From: an uncultured Chloroflexia bacterium
GTDB lineage: Bacteria > Chloroflexota > Limnocylindria > Limnocylindrales > CSP1-4
DNA length: 64,000 bases
Assembly: GCA_963700245.1 (NCBI GenBank)
Contig: CAVOWV010000001.1
Coordinates: forward strand, 5,666-69,665
Direction of reading: 5' to 3'
Shown here: positions 9,316 through 20,466 of the stretch, one piece after another
Layout: each line of letters begins with the position of its first letter
How positions within the stretch are numbered: the stretch's first letter is position 1
The notes under the pieces: model-generated
Seen by the model: the letters and a program-made list of their open reading frames with translations, nothing else
Database searches by the model: none
Told to the model about the DNA's origin: nothing
Made by a program: the position numbers and the translations under genes

Positions 9316-10080
9316 TCAGGTCTTCTGCTCGTCAGCCACGGACGCACCGGCACCTGCGGGGGGCTCGTCACGGGCACTCGCGATCGCGTCACGCCGGGCC
9401 CGCGCATCCGCGCTCGCGAGCTCCTGTGACGCGCTCTCATGGGCGGCGACGAAGGCCAGGAGCAGGCGGTCCAGGAGGCCGGTGGAGGTGTCGTAGAGCT
9501 CGCCGATACGCGCCCCTTCCACGCCTCGTCGCCGGGCCACGATGCTCAGCTCCGCGAGGAACGGGCGACGGGCTGACACGAACATCGAGACGCCGTCCGC
9601 GAGCGGGACCCCGTGCACCGCAAGGCGCTCGCCAAGGTGCGCCGCAAGATCCACGGCCTCTCGCTCCGCCAGCGCTCGGCGGGGGCCCGTCTCATCGAGA
9701 TGGCGCACCAGTGCGTCCACCAGGCTGCGCCCAACCTCGCGATACGACTCGCGCTCCGAGGCCGGGACCGTCGCGCGCGGGTCCAGCTTGCCTCCGTGGT
9801 GCTCTCCGTAGCGGCGGCGGTAGGCCGCCGAGAGGCGGTCCTGGCTGGCGCCGAGGCTTGCGAGGCCACCGGCCGGCCCGGTGCGACGGGCTGCGATGAG
9901 GCGTTCCAGGGCCCGCCGCTCGAACCGGCGGTGGCCGCCCGGCGTGGTGAACGCGGGAACCCGTCCCTCGTCGGCCCAGCGGCGGAGCGTGTCGGGGTCG
10001 ACACCCAGGAGCCGGCTCGCCTCGCCCAGCGCGAGGCGCTCGGGCAGGGGCCGGTCTGCGGGCTGCCGGGAGTCGGACAC
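9316..10080 (-). CDS. MerR/excisionase-type helix-turn-helix DNA-binding protein with a C-terminal helical sensor-like domain
   Basis: ORF 9316..10080(-). LALGEASRLLGVDPDTLRRWADEGRVPAFTTPGGHRRF matches the excisionase-family HTH pattern. Its stop lies 5 nt before the start of the downstream membrane gene. Confidence 0.75.
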   Translation of the reverse strand: MSDSRQPADRPLPERLALGEASRLLGVDPDTLRRWADEGRVPAFTTPGGHRRFERRALERLIAARRTGPAGGLASLGASQDRLSAAYRRRYGEHHGGKLDPRATVPASERESYREVGRSLVDALVRHLDETGPRRALAEREAVDLAAHLGERLAVHGVPLADGVSMFVSARRPFLAELSIVARRRGVEGARIGELYDTSTGLLDRLLLAFVAAHESASQELASADARARRDAIASARDEPPAGAGASVADEQKT

Positions 10081-10225
10081 TGGTTCTCCGCTGCGGATCC
10101 CGCCCGGCCGCGGGGCGCCGGAATTCTGGGCAAACCTAGGTTCGATTGGCTGGCCGGAGGGCGCGAGTGTAGGGCGGGGGTGTAAGGGGCGTCAACCGAC
10201 CCCGGGCACGCCGGCCGCGGGTGGA

Positions 10226-10579
10226 TCAGGCCGGGACGAACTCGTGGTCGTCGCGGTGGATGCCGTCGCACAGACCCCAGGACGGCGGGTCCGTGGGCAG
10301 CGCGACCGGGCGCATGATCTCGCGTACCTCGCCGCGCCGGCAGAACCGGTAGCCGCGCTCGCCCATCCAGCGCCGCACGCAGGCGGGATCAGCGTGGAAC
10401 TGGTGCGGCCCGGGGTTGACTGGCGTGGACTCGGTCCAGCCGACCGCCACCTCGGGAGCGACGATGTCCAGCAGGTTCACCCGCCAGGGCGTGTCCGGGA
10501 TGACCTCCCGGCAGCCGTCACAGCGGATCGCGACGTTGTCGTTGACGATGGTGCGGATCGTCACGCCCATGATCTCCAT
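10226..10579 (-). CDS. hypothetical protein
   Basis: ORF 10226..10579(-), 117 aa. Its composition is balanced, unlike the Arg/Pro-rich shadow ORFs. No family recognised. Confidence 0.45.
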   Translation of the reverse strand: MEIMGVTIRTIVNDNVAIRCDGCREVIPDTPWRVNLLDIVAPEVAVGWTESTPVNPGPHQFHADPACVRRWMGERGYRFCRRGEVREIMRPVALPTDPPSWGLCDGIHRDDHEFVPA

Positions 10580-10630
10580 CGCCCCGCAGGATAGCAGGGG
10601 GCTGTGGTCGCAGACAGGGTCACGGAGGGC

Positions 10631-11587
10631 TCAGGGCACCGTTCCGGGTGCCAGCCGGCGGCTCAGCGAGATCGCGACCGGGGTGGCGTGGCGGGCCCAG
10701 AAACGGACGGCCTCGCCGTTCGCGGTTTCGTGGTCCACCGCCCACCGGTCATACCCCTCCCCGTGGGCCCAGTCCACCGCGGCGGCCAGCAGGTGCGATG
10801 CCACCTCGGAGCGGCGGACCTCCGGCCTGGTGAAGGCCGCGGTGACACTCGCCGTGCCTGCCTCGCGAACGATGGTCGCGACGTCACTGGCGCACGGACC
10901 GATGCGCAGGAACGCCACGAGCGCACCCTCGCGCTCGGCGACGAAGGTGGCGGCGGCAGGATCCTCCAGGCGCCGTCGGTGAACCTCGAGCGGCGATTGC
11001 GGTCCGAGGCGCAGGAACACAGGCGAGGCCTCGAGGTGGCGCCGGAGTCCTGCGTCCAGGTCCACGACCTTGCCCGCGTCGGCGGGAAAGGCACGCCGGA
11101 TGGTCACGTCCTCGGGCAGGGACCCCGCCGCGATTGGCCGCAGGTCCGCGACAAGATCCACGACGTGGTGTCCGAAGCCGAGGCGGGCGTAGGTGGCGAG
11201 CGCGACCTCATCATCGGCCAGGACGGTGACGACGTGCTCCACGCAGGCACTGCGGATCCACCCGTCCGCAAGCTCGGCGTACAGGCGGGAGCGCACGCGA
11301 CCGGCGGGGTCCGGCGGCGCGGCGTGCCCCACGTCCGGGGTGTAGGCGAAGCGGCCGCCGCGGCCATCCAGCAGGACCGCCGCCTGAAACGCGACCGGGA
11401 CCCCATCGTCGAGTGCGACCAGCCCCGTGCCCCGGTCCGCGAGGCCACCAACGACCTTGGCGACGTGCGCTGGGTCCGTCCCCGCCTCCGGGAGCGCGGG
11501 GACACGTCGGCGCAGCCGCGCCACGTCGGCCGCGACGAGCTCTGCGACCGGCAACACGTGCGCAGGGGAGAGCGCGACGAGGGTCAT
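10631..11587 (-). CDS. GNAT-family N-acetyltransferase (two-lobed)
   Basis: ORF 10631..11605(-). I prefer ATG 11587, which has GAGG upstream. YARLGFG and WARHATPV segments are GNAT-like. Confidence 0.6.
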   Translation of the reverse strand: MTLVALSPAHVLPVAELVAADVARLRRRVPALPEAGTDPAHVAKVVGGLADRGTGLVALDDGVPVAFQAAVLLDGRGGRFAYTPDVGHAAPPDPAGRVRSRLYAELADGWIRSACVEHVVTVLADDEVALATYARLGFGHHVVDLVADLRPIAAGSLPEDVTIRRAFPADAGKVVDLDAGLRRHLEASPVFLRLGPQSPLEVHRRRLEDPAAATFVAEREGALVAFLRIGPCASDVATIVREAGTASVTAAFTRPEVRRSEVASHLLAAAVDWAHGEGYDRWAVDHETANGEAVRFWARHATPVAISLSRRLAPGTVP

Positions 11588-11706
11588 GGCGTCAGGATGC
11601 CTCAAGCAGCAGGAAGGGTGTCGGCCATGCGCGGCAACGACGGTGAGGGCGCTGAGGCGGCGTGCGCGGCAGGCCCTCTACGCGGCCCGCGGGTCGGCGC
11701 GGCGGG

Positions 11707-11783
11707 TGGTACCCCCAACCGGATTCGAACCGGTGATCTCCACCTTGAAAGGGTGGCGTCCTAGGCCTCTAGACGATGGGGGC
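11707..11783 (-). tRNA. tRNA-Glu (anticodon UUC), CCA encoded
   Basis: The reverse complement reads GCCCCCATCGTCTAGAGGCCTAGGACGCCACCCTTTCAAGGTGGAGATCACCGGTTCGAATCCGGTTGGGGGTACCA. It has a 7-bp acceptor stem, an anticodon stem CCACC/GGTGG with loop CTTTCAA, and a GGTTCGAATCC T-loop. Confidence 0.95.
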
Positions 11784-11817
11784 TCGGTGCCGCCTGACGG
11801 CCGGCCGAGTGTAGCAG

Positions 11818-12267
11818 TCAGGCTCCCCGGGTCCCGCTCCAGATCAGGCTCATGATCACGGCACCGGCCAGCGACATGAGCGCAGCAACGGCGATCAGCC
11901 CGCCGACCAGCGCCGTCATGACGGCCGTGCCATCACGACCCGCACGACCCGCCCTGACGACGGCGGCAAGGGCCAGCACGGCCATCGCGGCGAACACGAG
12001 ACCGATGACGGCGAACCCGGACGCCATCAGCGGCACCTGGAGCTGGTCGCGCACCAGCACGGCATAGGCAAGGAAGCCCAGGCCCCCGAGCAGGGCGATC
12101 AACAGCATCACGCGCACCGGCGAGAGCCGGATGCGGCCGACGTGGGGACCCCGCCCGCGACCTGTCGCCGGGGCATCGGGGGGCCCGTAGCCGCTCACCG
12201 GACGGCGCTGCTGGGCGCCGCGCGGCGAGACCTGCGATCGCCGGTCCACGGGGGTACGGCCACTCAT
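11818..12267 (-). CDS. small membrane protein (three TM helices), unknown function
   Basis: Distal 149 aa of ORF 11818..12621(-), starting from ATG 12267. Hydrophobic segments include VMLLIALLGGLGFLAYAVLV, GFAVIGLVFAAMAVLALAAVV and ALVGGLIAVAALMSLAGAVIM. Confidence 0.5.
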   Translation of the reverse strand: MSGRTPVDRRSQVSPRGAQQRRPVSGYGPPDAPATGRGRGPHVGRIRLSPVRVMLLIALLGGLGFLAYAVLVRDQLQVPLMASGFAVIGLVFAAMAVLALAAVVRAGRAGRDGTAVMTALVGGLIAVAALMSLAGAVIMSLIWSGTRGA

Positions 12268-12304
12268 GGAGCCGAGCGTAGCAGGGGTGCGCGAGTGGGC
12301 GCGA

Positions 12305-12895
12305 TCAGCCGGCCTCGGCGGTGACGGCGGGATCCACGCCTCCCTGCCAGCGGTGGTAGACCGCCACGTTCCAGGACAGCCGCGGGCGCTTGAGCCGGGC
12401 TGCGACGGCCTCGCCACGCTCGCCGAACCGGGCAAGAGCGTCACGCGCCTCGTCCATCGTCGGGAACGTCCAGAAGCAGTGGATGACCCGGATCCTGAAC
12501 CCCCCGTCGCGCAGGAACGGGCCGTCACGGCGGCTCCAAGCGTGGTACTCGGGGGCGTCCGGATCACGCACGGCGGACACGTCGTCGCGTCCGTAGTCAT
12601 GGACGACGAGGAGGCGGCCACCGGGCCTCAGGACGCGGTCCACCTCGGCGAGATCCGCCGCCTCCACGCCCCGGAAACCGGTCCAGAGCGTGACCACGAC
12701 GTCGAGCGAGCCATCCGGGGCATCGATCCGCAGGTGGTCGCCGTCGGACGGGGGTGTCACGACGACGGGCTGCACACCCCCTGCGCGGAGGCGGTCCAGC
12801 CACGGGGTACCGGGTACGTCGAGGACCGCGACCGTGCCACCGGCCAGCGGGCCCAGCGCCTCGAGGGCACGTGGGATCTTGCCCTCGGTGTCCAT
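12305..12895 (-). CDS. class I SAM-dependent methyltransferase-like protein
   Basis: Distal part of the 1146-aa composite ORF 12305..15745(-). TVAVLDVPGT resembles motif I, and RPGGRLLVV resembles the post-II motif. The start is either ATG 12895 or GTG 12952. Confidence 0.6.
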   Translation of the reverse strand: MDTEGKIPRALEALGPLAGGTVAVLDVPGTPWLDRLRAGGVQPVVVTPPSDGDHLRIDAPDGSLDVVVTLWTGFRGVEAADLAEVDRVLRPGGRLLVVHDYGRDDVSAVRDPDAPEYHAWSRRDGPFLRDGGFRIRVIHCFWTFPTMDEARDALARFGERGEAVAARLKRPRLSWNVAVYHRWQGGVDPAVTAEAG

Positions 12896-12996
12896 GACAC
12901 CGGCGAGCTGATCGGCAAGGGACGGGACACAGGCGAACGGCAGGTCGACCACTGCAATCGAGGATACGCGGCCCGGGGCACCCGGGTTGCGGGAAT

Positions 12997-14560
12997 TCAG
13001 CCGGTTGAGCGGAGGATCCGGCCCGTGCGCGGTCCGACGTGGACCGTGGCGCTGCCATCGTCGGCCACGGTGGTCGCGGGCCCGGCTCCGGCGGGGAGCC
13101 GCTGATCCTCGAGCGTCACACCGGCCAGCTCCGGGACCCAGACCCGCAACTCCGCAGGTGTAGTCGCCCGCGTTGACGACGACCAGGACCGCACCGCCAC
13201 CTGCCGCCTCACCGCGCACGAAGGCCAGCGCGTCGTCCCCGGACCCCACGATCCGGAAGGAGCCCCGCCGGAGCGCCGGCAGCGCATGCCGGGCGGCGAA
13301 CGATGCCCGCGTCCACTCCAGCCCGGCGCGGTCCCAGCGCGCCTGGTCCCACGGGAACGCTCGCCGGCAGTCGGGATCGTGGTCGCCCTCGACGCCGATC
13401 TCGTCGCCGTAGTAGGTGCAGGGCGCGCCCGGCAGCGTCGCCTGGAGGAGGACGGCGAGGTGGTATGCGGCCCGGTCCCGCCCCGCCATCGTCCGGAAGC
13501 GCGGGCTGTCGTGGCTGTCGAGGAGGTTGAGCTGTGCCTGCGTCACAGCCGGGTCGTAGAGCGCCATGAGGCGCTCGAGCTCGGCGCCGAACGCGGCTCC
13601 GTCGCGCCGCACGACCGTGCGCCCGTACTCGTGGTGACGGCGGACCACGCCCTCGTCGAGGTGCCCCTGGGCCGTGAAGCCCACGATCGCCTGTGCCAGC
13701 GGGTAGTTCATCACTGCGTCGAACCGGTCGCCCGCCAGCCACTCCGGGCACTCGCTCCAGATCTCGCCGACGAGGTACGCCTCCGGGTTGACGGCCCGGC
13801 AGCGCCGCCGGAACTCCTGCCAGAACGCCTCATCGCGGATCTCGGTGGGCACGTCCAGGCGCCAGCCATCGATCCCGAAGCGCAGCCAGTGCTCGGCGAC
13901 GTCGAAGATGTGTGCTCGGACCTCCGGGTTGTCGGTGTTGAGCTTGGGCAGGGCAGGCAGCCCCCACCAGGCCCGGTACCCGAGATTGCGGAACGACTCG
14001 TCGCCGCGCTGGTCCTCCGCGATGCCGACGAACGGCTCGCTCGCCGCATCCAGCGGGTCCGAGGGCCACGGGTAGGGCCGGAAGGGCCGATGGCCCTCGA
14101 GCGCGGCCGTGGAGAAGTGGAACCAGTCCCGGTACGGGGATCCGGCGCCGTTCTCCAGGACGTGGTGGAACGCCCAGAACCCGCGCCCCGTGTGGTTGAA
14201 CACCCCGTCGAGCACCACGCGCATGCCGCGTGCGTGCGCCGCGTCCAGCAGCTCGCGCAGGGCGTCGTTGCCGCCCAGCAGCGGGTCGACCTCCAGGTAG
14301 TCGAAGGTGTGGTAGCGGTGGTTGGAGGCCGATTTGAAGATCGGGGTGAGGTAGACCGCCGTGACGCCCAGGTCCGCGAGGTATGGGAGCCGCTCCGCGA
14401 GGCCGAGGAGGTCGCCGCCCTTGAACCCGTGGTCGGTCGGCGGCGCGTCCCAGGCCTCGAGCGTGCCCGGCTTCCGGACCCGGAGCGAGGATGCGAAGCG
14501 GTCGGGGAAGACCTGGTAGAAGACGGCGTCGCGAACCCACTCCGGGGTGTCGATGGCCAT
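12997..14560 (-). CDS. cytoplasmic GH13 alpha-amylase-family enzyme (neopullulanase/maltodextrin glucosidase-like). One frameshift at the CCC run 13167-13169.
   Basis: From ATG 14560: MAIDTPEWVRDAVFYQVFPDRF. GH13 regions are present: VLDGVFNHTG, GWRLDVPTEI, GEIW, LLDSHD. The C-terminus continues in ORF 12997..13287(-) as TTPAELRVWVPELAG...VHVGPRTGRIL. Confidence 0.85.
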
Positions 14561-14647
14561 GGGTACCTCGTTCGCAGCTGGGCGTGCCGACGCAGTGTAG
14601 GGCGAGTCGCCCCGGTCCTTTCCGCAAGTCCCCCTAGACTGCATGCC

Positions 14648-16383
<1,736 letters not shown>

Positions 16384-16387
<4 letters not shown>

Positions 16388-16836
16388 GCGAGCGCCAGCG
16401 CGAGCGGCGGGAGCGCGGCATCACGCCGGCAGGCCTGCCGGCGGAACCCACGGGCCCGGTCAGGCCGCCCCGGCCCGTCGCCGTGGAGGTCGCGTCCGCC
16501 GTGATGGTGGTCTCGGGGCTCATGGGCCTCCTGATCACGATCGAGGCGACGGCGTCGCTTGCAGCCCGTGATGAGGCGAGCCTGGCGATCGCCGCGCTCT
16601 CGTTCGCGCTGGGCATCGGCTTCGTGGTCCTGGGCTTCCTCGTCCGACGCGGCAAAGGCTGGCTCGTGGCTGTGAACGTCGCGGCCGTGGCCGGCTTCCT
16701 GGAGCTGACCTCGGGGTCGGCGCAGGGCATCCTGTTCGGCGCTCTCGACGTGGCGGTGGTGCTGATCCTGATGCGCCATCGCCCATGGTTCCACTGGTCG
16801 CCCGACGAGGAACAGGAAACGACCCCGCCGGCCTGA
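16384..16836 (+). CDS. small membrane protein, translationally coupled to the secreted amylase
   Basis: GTG 16384 overlaps the amylase TGA (GTGA). It has four hydrophobic helices, including VASAVMVVSGLMGLLITI and ALSFALGIGFVVLGFLV. Confidence 0.55.
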
Positions 16837-16876
16837 GCCGGGCGGGGTCGTTCTGGGTGCGAGAGGGTGGCCGGGA

Positions 16877-17845
16877 TCAGCCCTTGACGCCGCCGACCGC
16901 GAGGCCGCCGACCAGGTACCGCTGGAAGATGAAGAACACGATCGAGACCGGGAGCGCGAACAGGATCGCGAACGCGGCGAACTCGGACCACGGGGTGTTC
17001 CGCGCGAACTGGCCGACCATGCTGTTGAGCGCGATCGACAGCGTCCAGTCGGGCACGTTGCCGCCGATGAACATGTAGACCGTCAGGTACTCGGTCCAGC
17101 CACCCAGGAAGCCCAGGAAGCCGGTGACCGCGATGGCAGGCGTGGCCAGCGGCAGGATGATCTTGGTGAACGTCTGGTTCTGGGTCGCCCCGTCCACGAA
17201 GGCCGCCTCCTCGAGGTCGTGCGGGATCGTGTCCAGGTAGCCCTTGAGGTTCCAGATCGCGAATGGCAGCGCCGCCGAGGTGGTGGCCAGAATCACGCCC
17301 AGGAGGGACGCCCGCAGGTTGAAGTCGAAGCCGAAGGCCTCGATGCGGAACTGGTTGAGGAACACGTACAACGGGATCAGGGTGGCGACCGCCGGCAGCA
17401 TGAGCACGCCGAGGATGACGATCATCAGGATCTCGCGGCCACGGAACTTCAGGCGGGAGAAGGCATAGGCGGCGAGGATGCCCAGGCCCACCGCGACGGT
17501 CGCGGTCCCCACCGCGATCTTGAGGCTGTTGAGCATCAGCTCGAGGAAGCTGATGTCGTTGCTGGTCGGCTGGGTCAGGATCTTCGCGTAGGCGTCGAGC
17601 GACGCGCCGGGCGGGATGAGGTTCAGGCCCTCGGGCCGGAACAGGTTCCGCGGGTCGATGGACAGGCTGAAGATCCAGAGGACCGGGAACATGACGGTGA
17701 ACAGGATCGCGAGCAGCGCGAGCTGCAGGGCGATCTGCTGCTTCAGGGGGAGACGCTTCTCCTCCTCGGTGCTCCGGCGCCGCGTCCAGGACCGGAAGCC
17801 GCGGTTGTCCTTGGCGACGAGTGTCTGGTTGGAGAGACCGCTCAT
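16877..17845 (-). CDS. carbohydrate ABC transporter permease (MalG-like)
   Basis: ORF 16877..17845(-). The EAA-type loop HDLEEAAFVDGATQNQTFTKIILPLA is present, and the protein has a 6-TM layout. Confidence 0.9.
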   Translation of the reverse strand: MSGLSNQTLVAKDNRGFRSWTRRRSTEEEKRLPLKQQIALQLALLAILFTVMFPVLWIFSLSIDPRNLFRPEGLNLIPPGASLDAYAKILTQPTSNDISFLELMLNSLKIAVGTATVAVGLGILAAYAFSRLKFRGREILMIVILGVLMLPAVATLIPLYVFLNQFRIEAFGFDFNLRASLLGVILATTSAALPFAIWNLKGYLDTIPHDLEEAAFVDGATQNQTFTKIILPLATPAIAVTGFLGFLGGWTEYLTVYMFIGGNVPDWTLSIALNSMVGQFARNTPWSEFAAFAILFALPVSIVFFIFQRYLVGGLAVGGVKG

Positions 17846-17869
17846 GACTGGCTCCTCCGAGATCGGGCG

Positions 17870-18884
17870 TCAGTCCGCATAGCTCTTCGTCGCCTTGGCG
17901 AACTTGTTCGTGACGAGGGTCACGGCGAGGAGGAGGAAGAACAGGTAGACGGAGAAGGCGGCGGCGACACCCAGGAGCTGGCGATCCACCGCGAGGCGGT
18001 ACGCCTGCGTCACCAGGATCTCGGTGCGCCCGAACGGCTCACCACCCGTCATGAAGTACGGCAGGAAGAACAGGTTGAACGTCACGACGAAGCCGTAGAT
18101 CGCGTACGGCAGCATCGCCGGCCGGAGGAAGGTGACGGTGATCGTCGTGAACTTCTGCCACCAGTTGGCGCCATCCATCTCGGCGGCCTCGTACAGGTCG
18201 CCCGGGATGCTCTGGAGTGCGCCGGTGGCGACGACCGCGTTCAGCGGCCAGCCCAGCCACGTGTTGGCGGTGATCATGGCGAAGTAGGCGAGCGGCAGCG
18301 GGATGAACGGGATGGGGTCGTCCGATTGGCGCAGCCAGTTGAGGTTCAGGCCCGGGTGCATCGGGCGGGATCCCGAACACGCCGCCGATCGCCTGCAGCA
18401 GGAAGTTCACGGCACCCGCGTCGGTGTCGAACATCGAGCGCCAGACGGTCGCGACGATGATCGACGGGATCACGACGGGGATGATGAACAGGGCCCGGTA
18501 CACGCCCCGCCCGATCAGGCCCTTCGTGTTGAGCAGGACCGCGATCAGCACGCCCAGGATGACGTGGATGACGACGTTGGAGAGCGCCCACCACAGGTTG
18601 AACAGGACGAGCCGGATGAACTCGAAGTTCGGGATCTGGAGCTGGGAGGTCGCGATCCGGATGTAGTTCTCGAGCCCCACGTAGTTGGGAGCGATGGGGT
18701 TGTTCACCCGGAAGTTCTTGGGGCCGAAGTCCGTGAACGACATCCAGACCTGGTAGATCAGCGGGTAGAAGGTGATGACGGTCATCACCGCCAGTGCCGG
18801 AACCAGGTAGAGGTAGGGCTGCGCCCTGCGGCGCCAGTTGCGCCGCCTCCGCGGCGCGGGTGAGACCGCTGCGGCTGTGGTCAT
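17870..18884 (-). CDS. carbohydrate ABC transporter permease (MalF-like). One frameshift in the G runs at 18363-18369.
   Basis: ORF 18039..18884(-) covers the N-terminal two thirds up to ...LLQAIGGVFGI. ORF 17870..18361(-) supplies MHPGLNLNWL...GDLYEAAEMDGANWWQKFTTITVTFLRP, which is the EAA loop. Confidence 0.85.
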
Positions 18885-19044
18885 CCCTGGATGCCCCTCC
18901 TCTTGCGTCCTTCGCCCGGGATCGTGTGACGGGTGCCCAGCGTATCGGCCCCGGACCGGGCTCCGCTCGGTGGTTGAGCGCGATCCGGGGACGACACCGG
19001 GGGCGCCTCGCGACGCCCCCGGATCGTGTGTGACGGTGCGAAGG

Positions 19045-20328
19045 CTACTTGCCGTTCGCCTCGTTCATGCTCTTGCAGGCGGTGGCGATGGCCGCGGTGG
19101 GATCCTCGCCCTTGTCGAGGACGCGGTTGAGCGCGTCGCCGAAGCCGCCCCAGTAGTTGTTGAACTCGGCGCGCTGCGGGCGCGGGAGGCCGGCGGCCGC
19201 CGCGTCGGCGAAGCCCTGGACGATGGGGCTGCTGATGGTCACGCCGGGCGCCGCCGGGACATGGCCGGCGTCGTCGGTCATGGTCTGGGCGCTGGCGGTG
19301 CCGACGAGCTGGAGGGCCAGCTTGGTCGCGAGCTCCAGGTTCTCGCTGTTGGGGTTGAGGTACCAGCCGTCGGTGCCGGTCAGGGGGTTGGCCTTGCCGG
19401 TGGCGGCGGGGATCGGCGCCACGGCGAGGTTCTCGCCGAGGGCCTTGGTGAAGTCGGCCGTCTGCCACGGGCCGTCGAAGACCGCGTTGAGCTTGCCGGT
19501 CTGGAAGTCCTGCTTGAGGGCGTTGCCGTCCGTGTAGAACTTGGCGCCGGCGGCCTTGAGGTCGGCCATGAACTTGTAGCTGTCCGCCCAGCCGGTGGTC
19601 TGGTCGGCGACGCACTTGCCGGTGTCGTCCATGAGCGTGCCGCCGAAGGCGCCGCTGAGGCCGAAGTTGTGGTAGGCGTTCTGGTTGAGGCCGAGCAGGG
19701 CGGCGCCGGACTTGACCGCGGCGAGCAGCTCGTCGGTGGTGGCCGGCGGGGCGGTCACCTTGGACTTGTCGTACCACATGGCCACGGCCTTGAGGGACTC
19801 GGGGACCATGAACATCTTGCCGTCGACCTTGGACCCGTCGACCGCGACCTGGTTGAAGCCCTCGAGCTTGCCCTCGAGCGCCGTGGTGAGGTCGGCCAGC
19901 GCGCCGGCGTCAGCCTGCGAGAACAGGTTGTCGTTCGGGGCGATGTACATGTCGGGGCCGCCGCCCGCGAGGACGTCGGTCTGCCACTTGGTGAAGATGT
20001 CGCTGAACGGCTGCTCGACGACGTTGACCTTGAGGTCCTTGTTGGCCGCGGTGATGGCGCCCAGGGTCTTCATGAAGGCGCCGGTCTCGCCGCCGCCCGA
20101 GCCGTAGGAATGCCAGAGGGTGATCTCGCCGCTGAGGGGCTCAGCCGCGGGGGACTCCGGGGCCATGCTCTCGGGGGCCATGCTCTCGGGGGCGGTGGTC
20201 GCCGGAGCCTCGGTCGCTGCCGGGGCCTCGGTGGCCGGGGCGGGGGTGGCCGTGGTGCCGCCGCAGGCGGCCGCGAAGATGGCCGCGCCCGCGAACAGCG
20301 CGACGAGCCGCATCTTGTGGTTCTTCAT
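19045..20328 (-). CDS. extracellular sugar (maltose/maltodextrin-type) ABC substrate-binding lipoprotein
   Basis: ORF 19045..20445(-), with start ATG 20328 (MKNHKMRLVALFAGAAIFAAACGG lipobox). It has a tandem APESM repeat, GGAGGAG lies upstream, and the MalE-like length is about 427 aa. Confidence 0.88.
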   Translation of the reverse strand: MKNHKMRLVALFAGAAIFAAACGGTTATPAPATEAPAATEAPATTAPESMAPESMAPESPAAEPLSGEITLWHSYGSGGGETGAFMKTLGAITAANKDLKVNVVEQPFSDIFTKWQTDVLAGGGPDMYIAPNDNLFSQADAGALADLTTALEGKLEGFNQVAVDGSKVDGKMFMVPESLKAVAMWYDKSKVTAPPATTDELLAAVKSGAALLGLNQNAYHNFGLSGAFGGTLMDDTGKCVADQTTGWADSYKFMADLKAAGAKFYTDGNALKQDFQTGKLNAVFDGPWQTADFTKALGENLAVAPIPAATGKANPLTGTDGWYLNPNSENLELATKLALQLVGTASAQTMTDDAGHVPAAPGVTISSPIVQGFADAAAAGLPRPQRAEFNNYWGGFGDALNRVLDKGEDPTAAIATACKSMNEANGK

Positions 20329-20355
20329 CCTGGTGTCGATCTCCTCCAAAGAAAC

Positions 20356-20367
20356 AACCGATTGGTT
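20356..20367. promoter_or_regulatory. candidate LacI-family operator AACCGATTGGTT (near-palindrome) just upstream of the binding-protein gene
   Basis: A 12-bp palindrome with 5 of 6 matched pairs lies 28 nt upstream of ATG 20328. It shares the AACC..GGTT arms with the sites at 21656-21678. Confidence 0.35.
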
Positions 20368-20466
20368 TGCCAGATTGTCGATCGGCGGAGCCGATCGCGT
20401 CGGGCCGGGTCCGGCCCTGGAGCGTGAGTCGACGTCGGGCGTCAAGCGCTCGCCGCCTCCTCGTCC

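Noticed and set aside
10131-10144. CAAACCTAGGTTCG as a third SOS-regulated promoter
   Set aside because: It has one mismatch in the conserved CGAAC arm and no accompanying -35/-10 arrangement like the two confirmed-style promoters. I kept it only as a note.
11600-11830. tRNA-Glu as a possible genomic-island insertion point
   Set aside because: There is no integrase, no direct repeat of the tRNA 3' end and no compositional shift on either side. The flanking genes look like ordinary chromosomal genes.
17899-17910. CGAACTTGTTCG, SOS-box-like
   Set aside because: The spacer is 2 nt instead of 4, and the site lies inside the MalF-like coding region.
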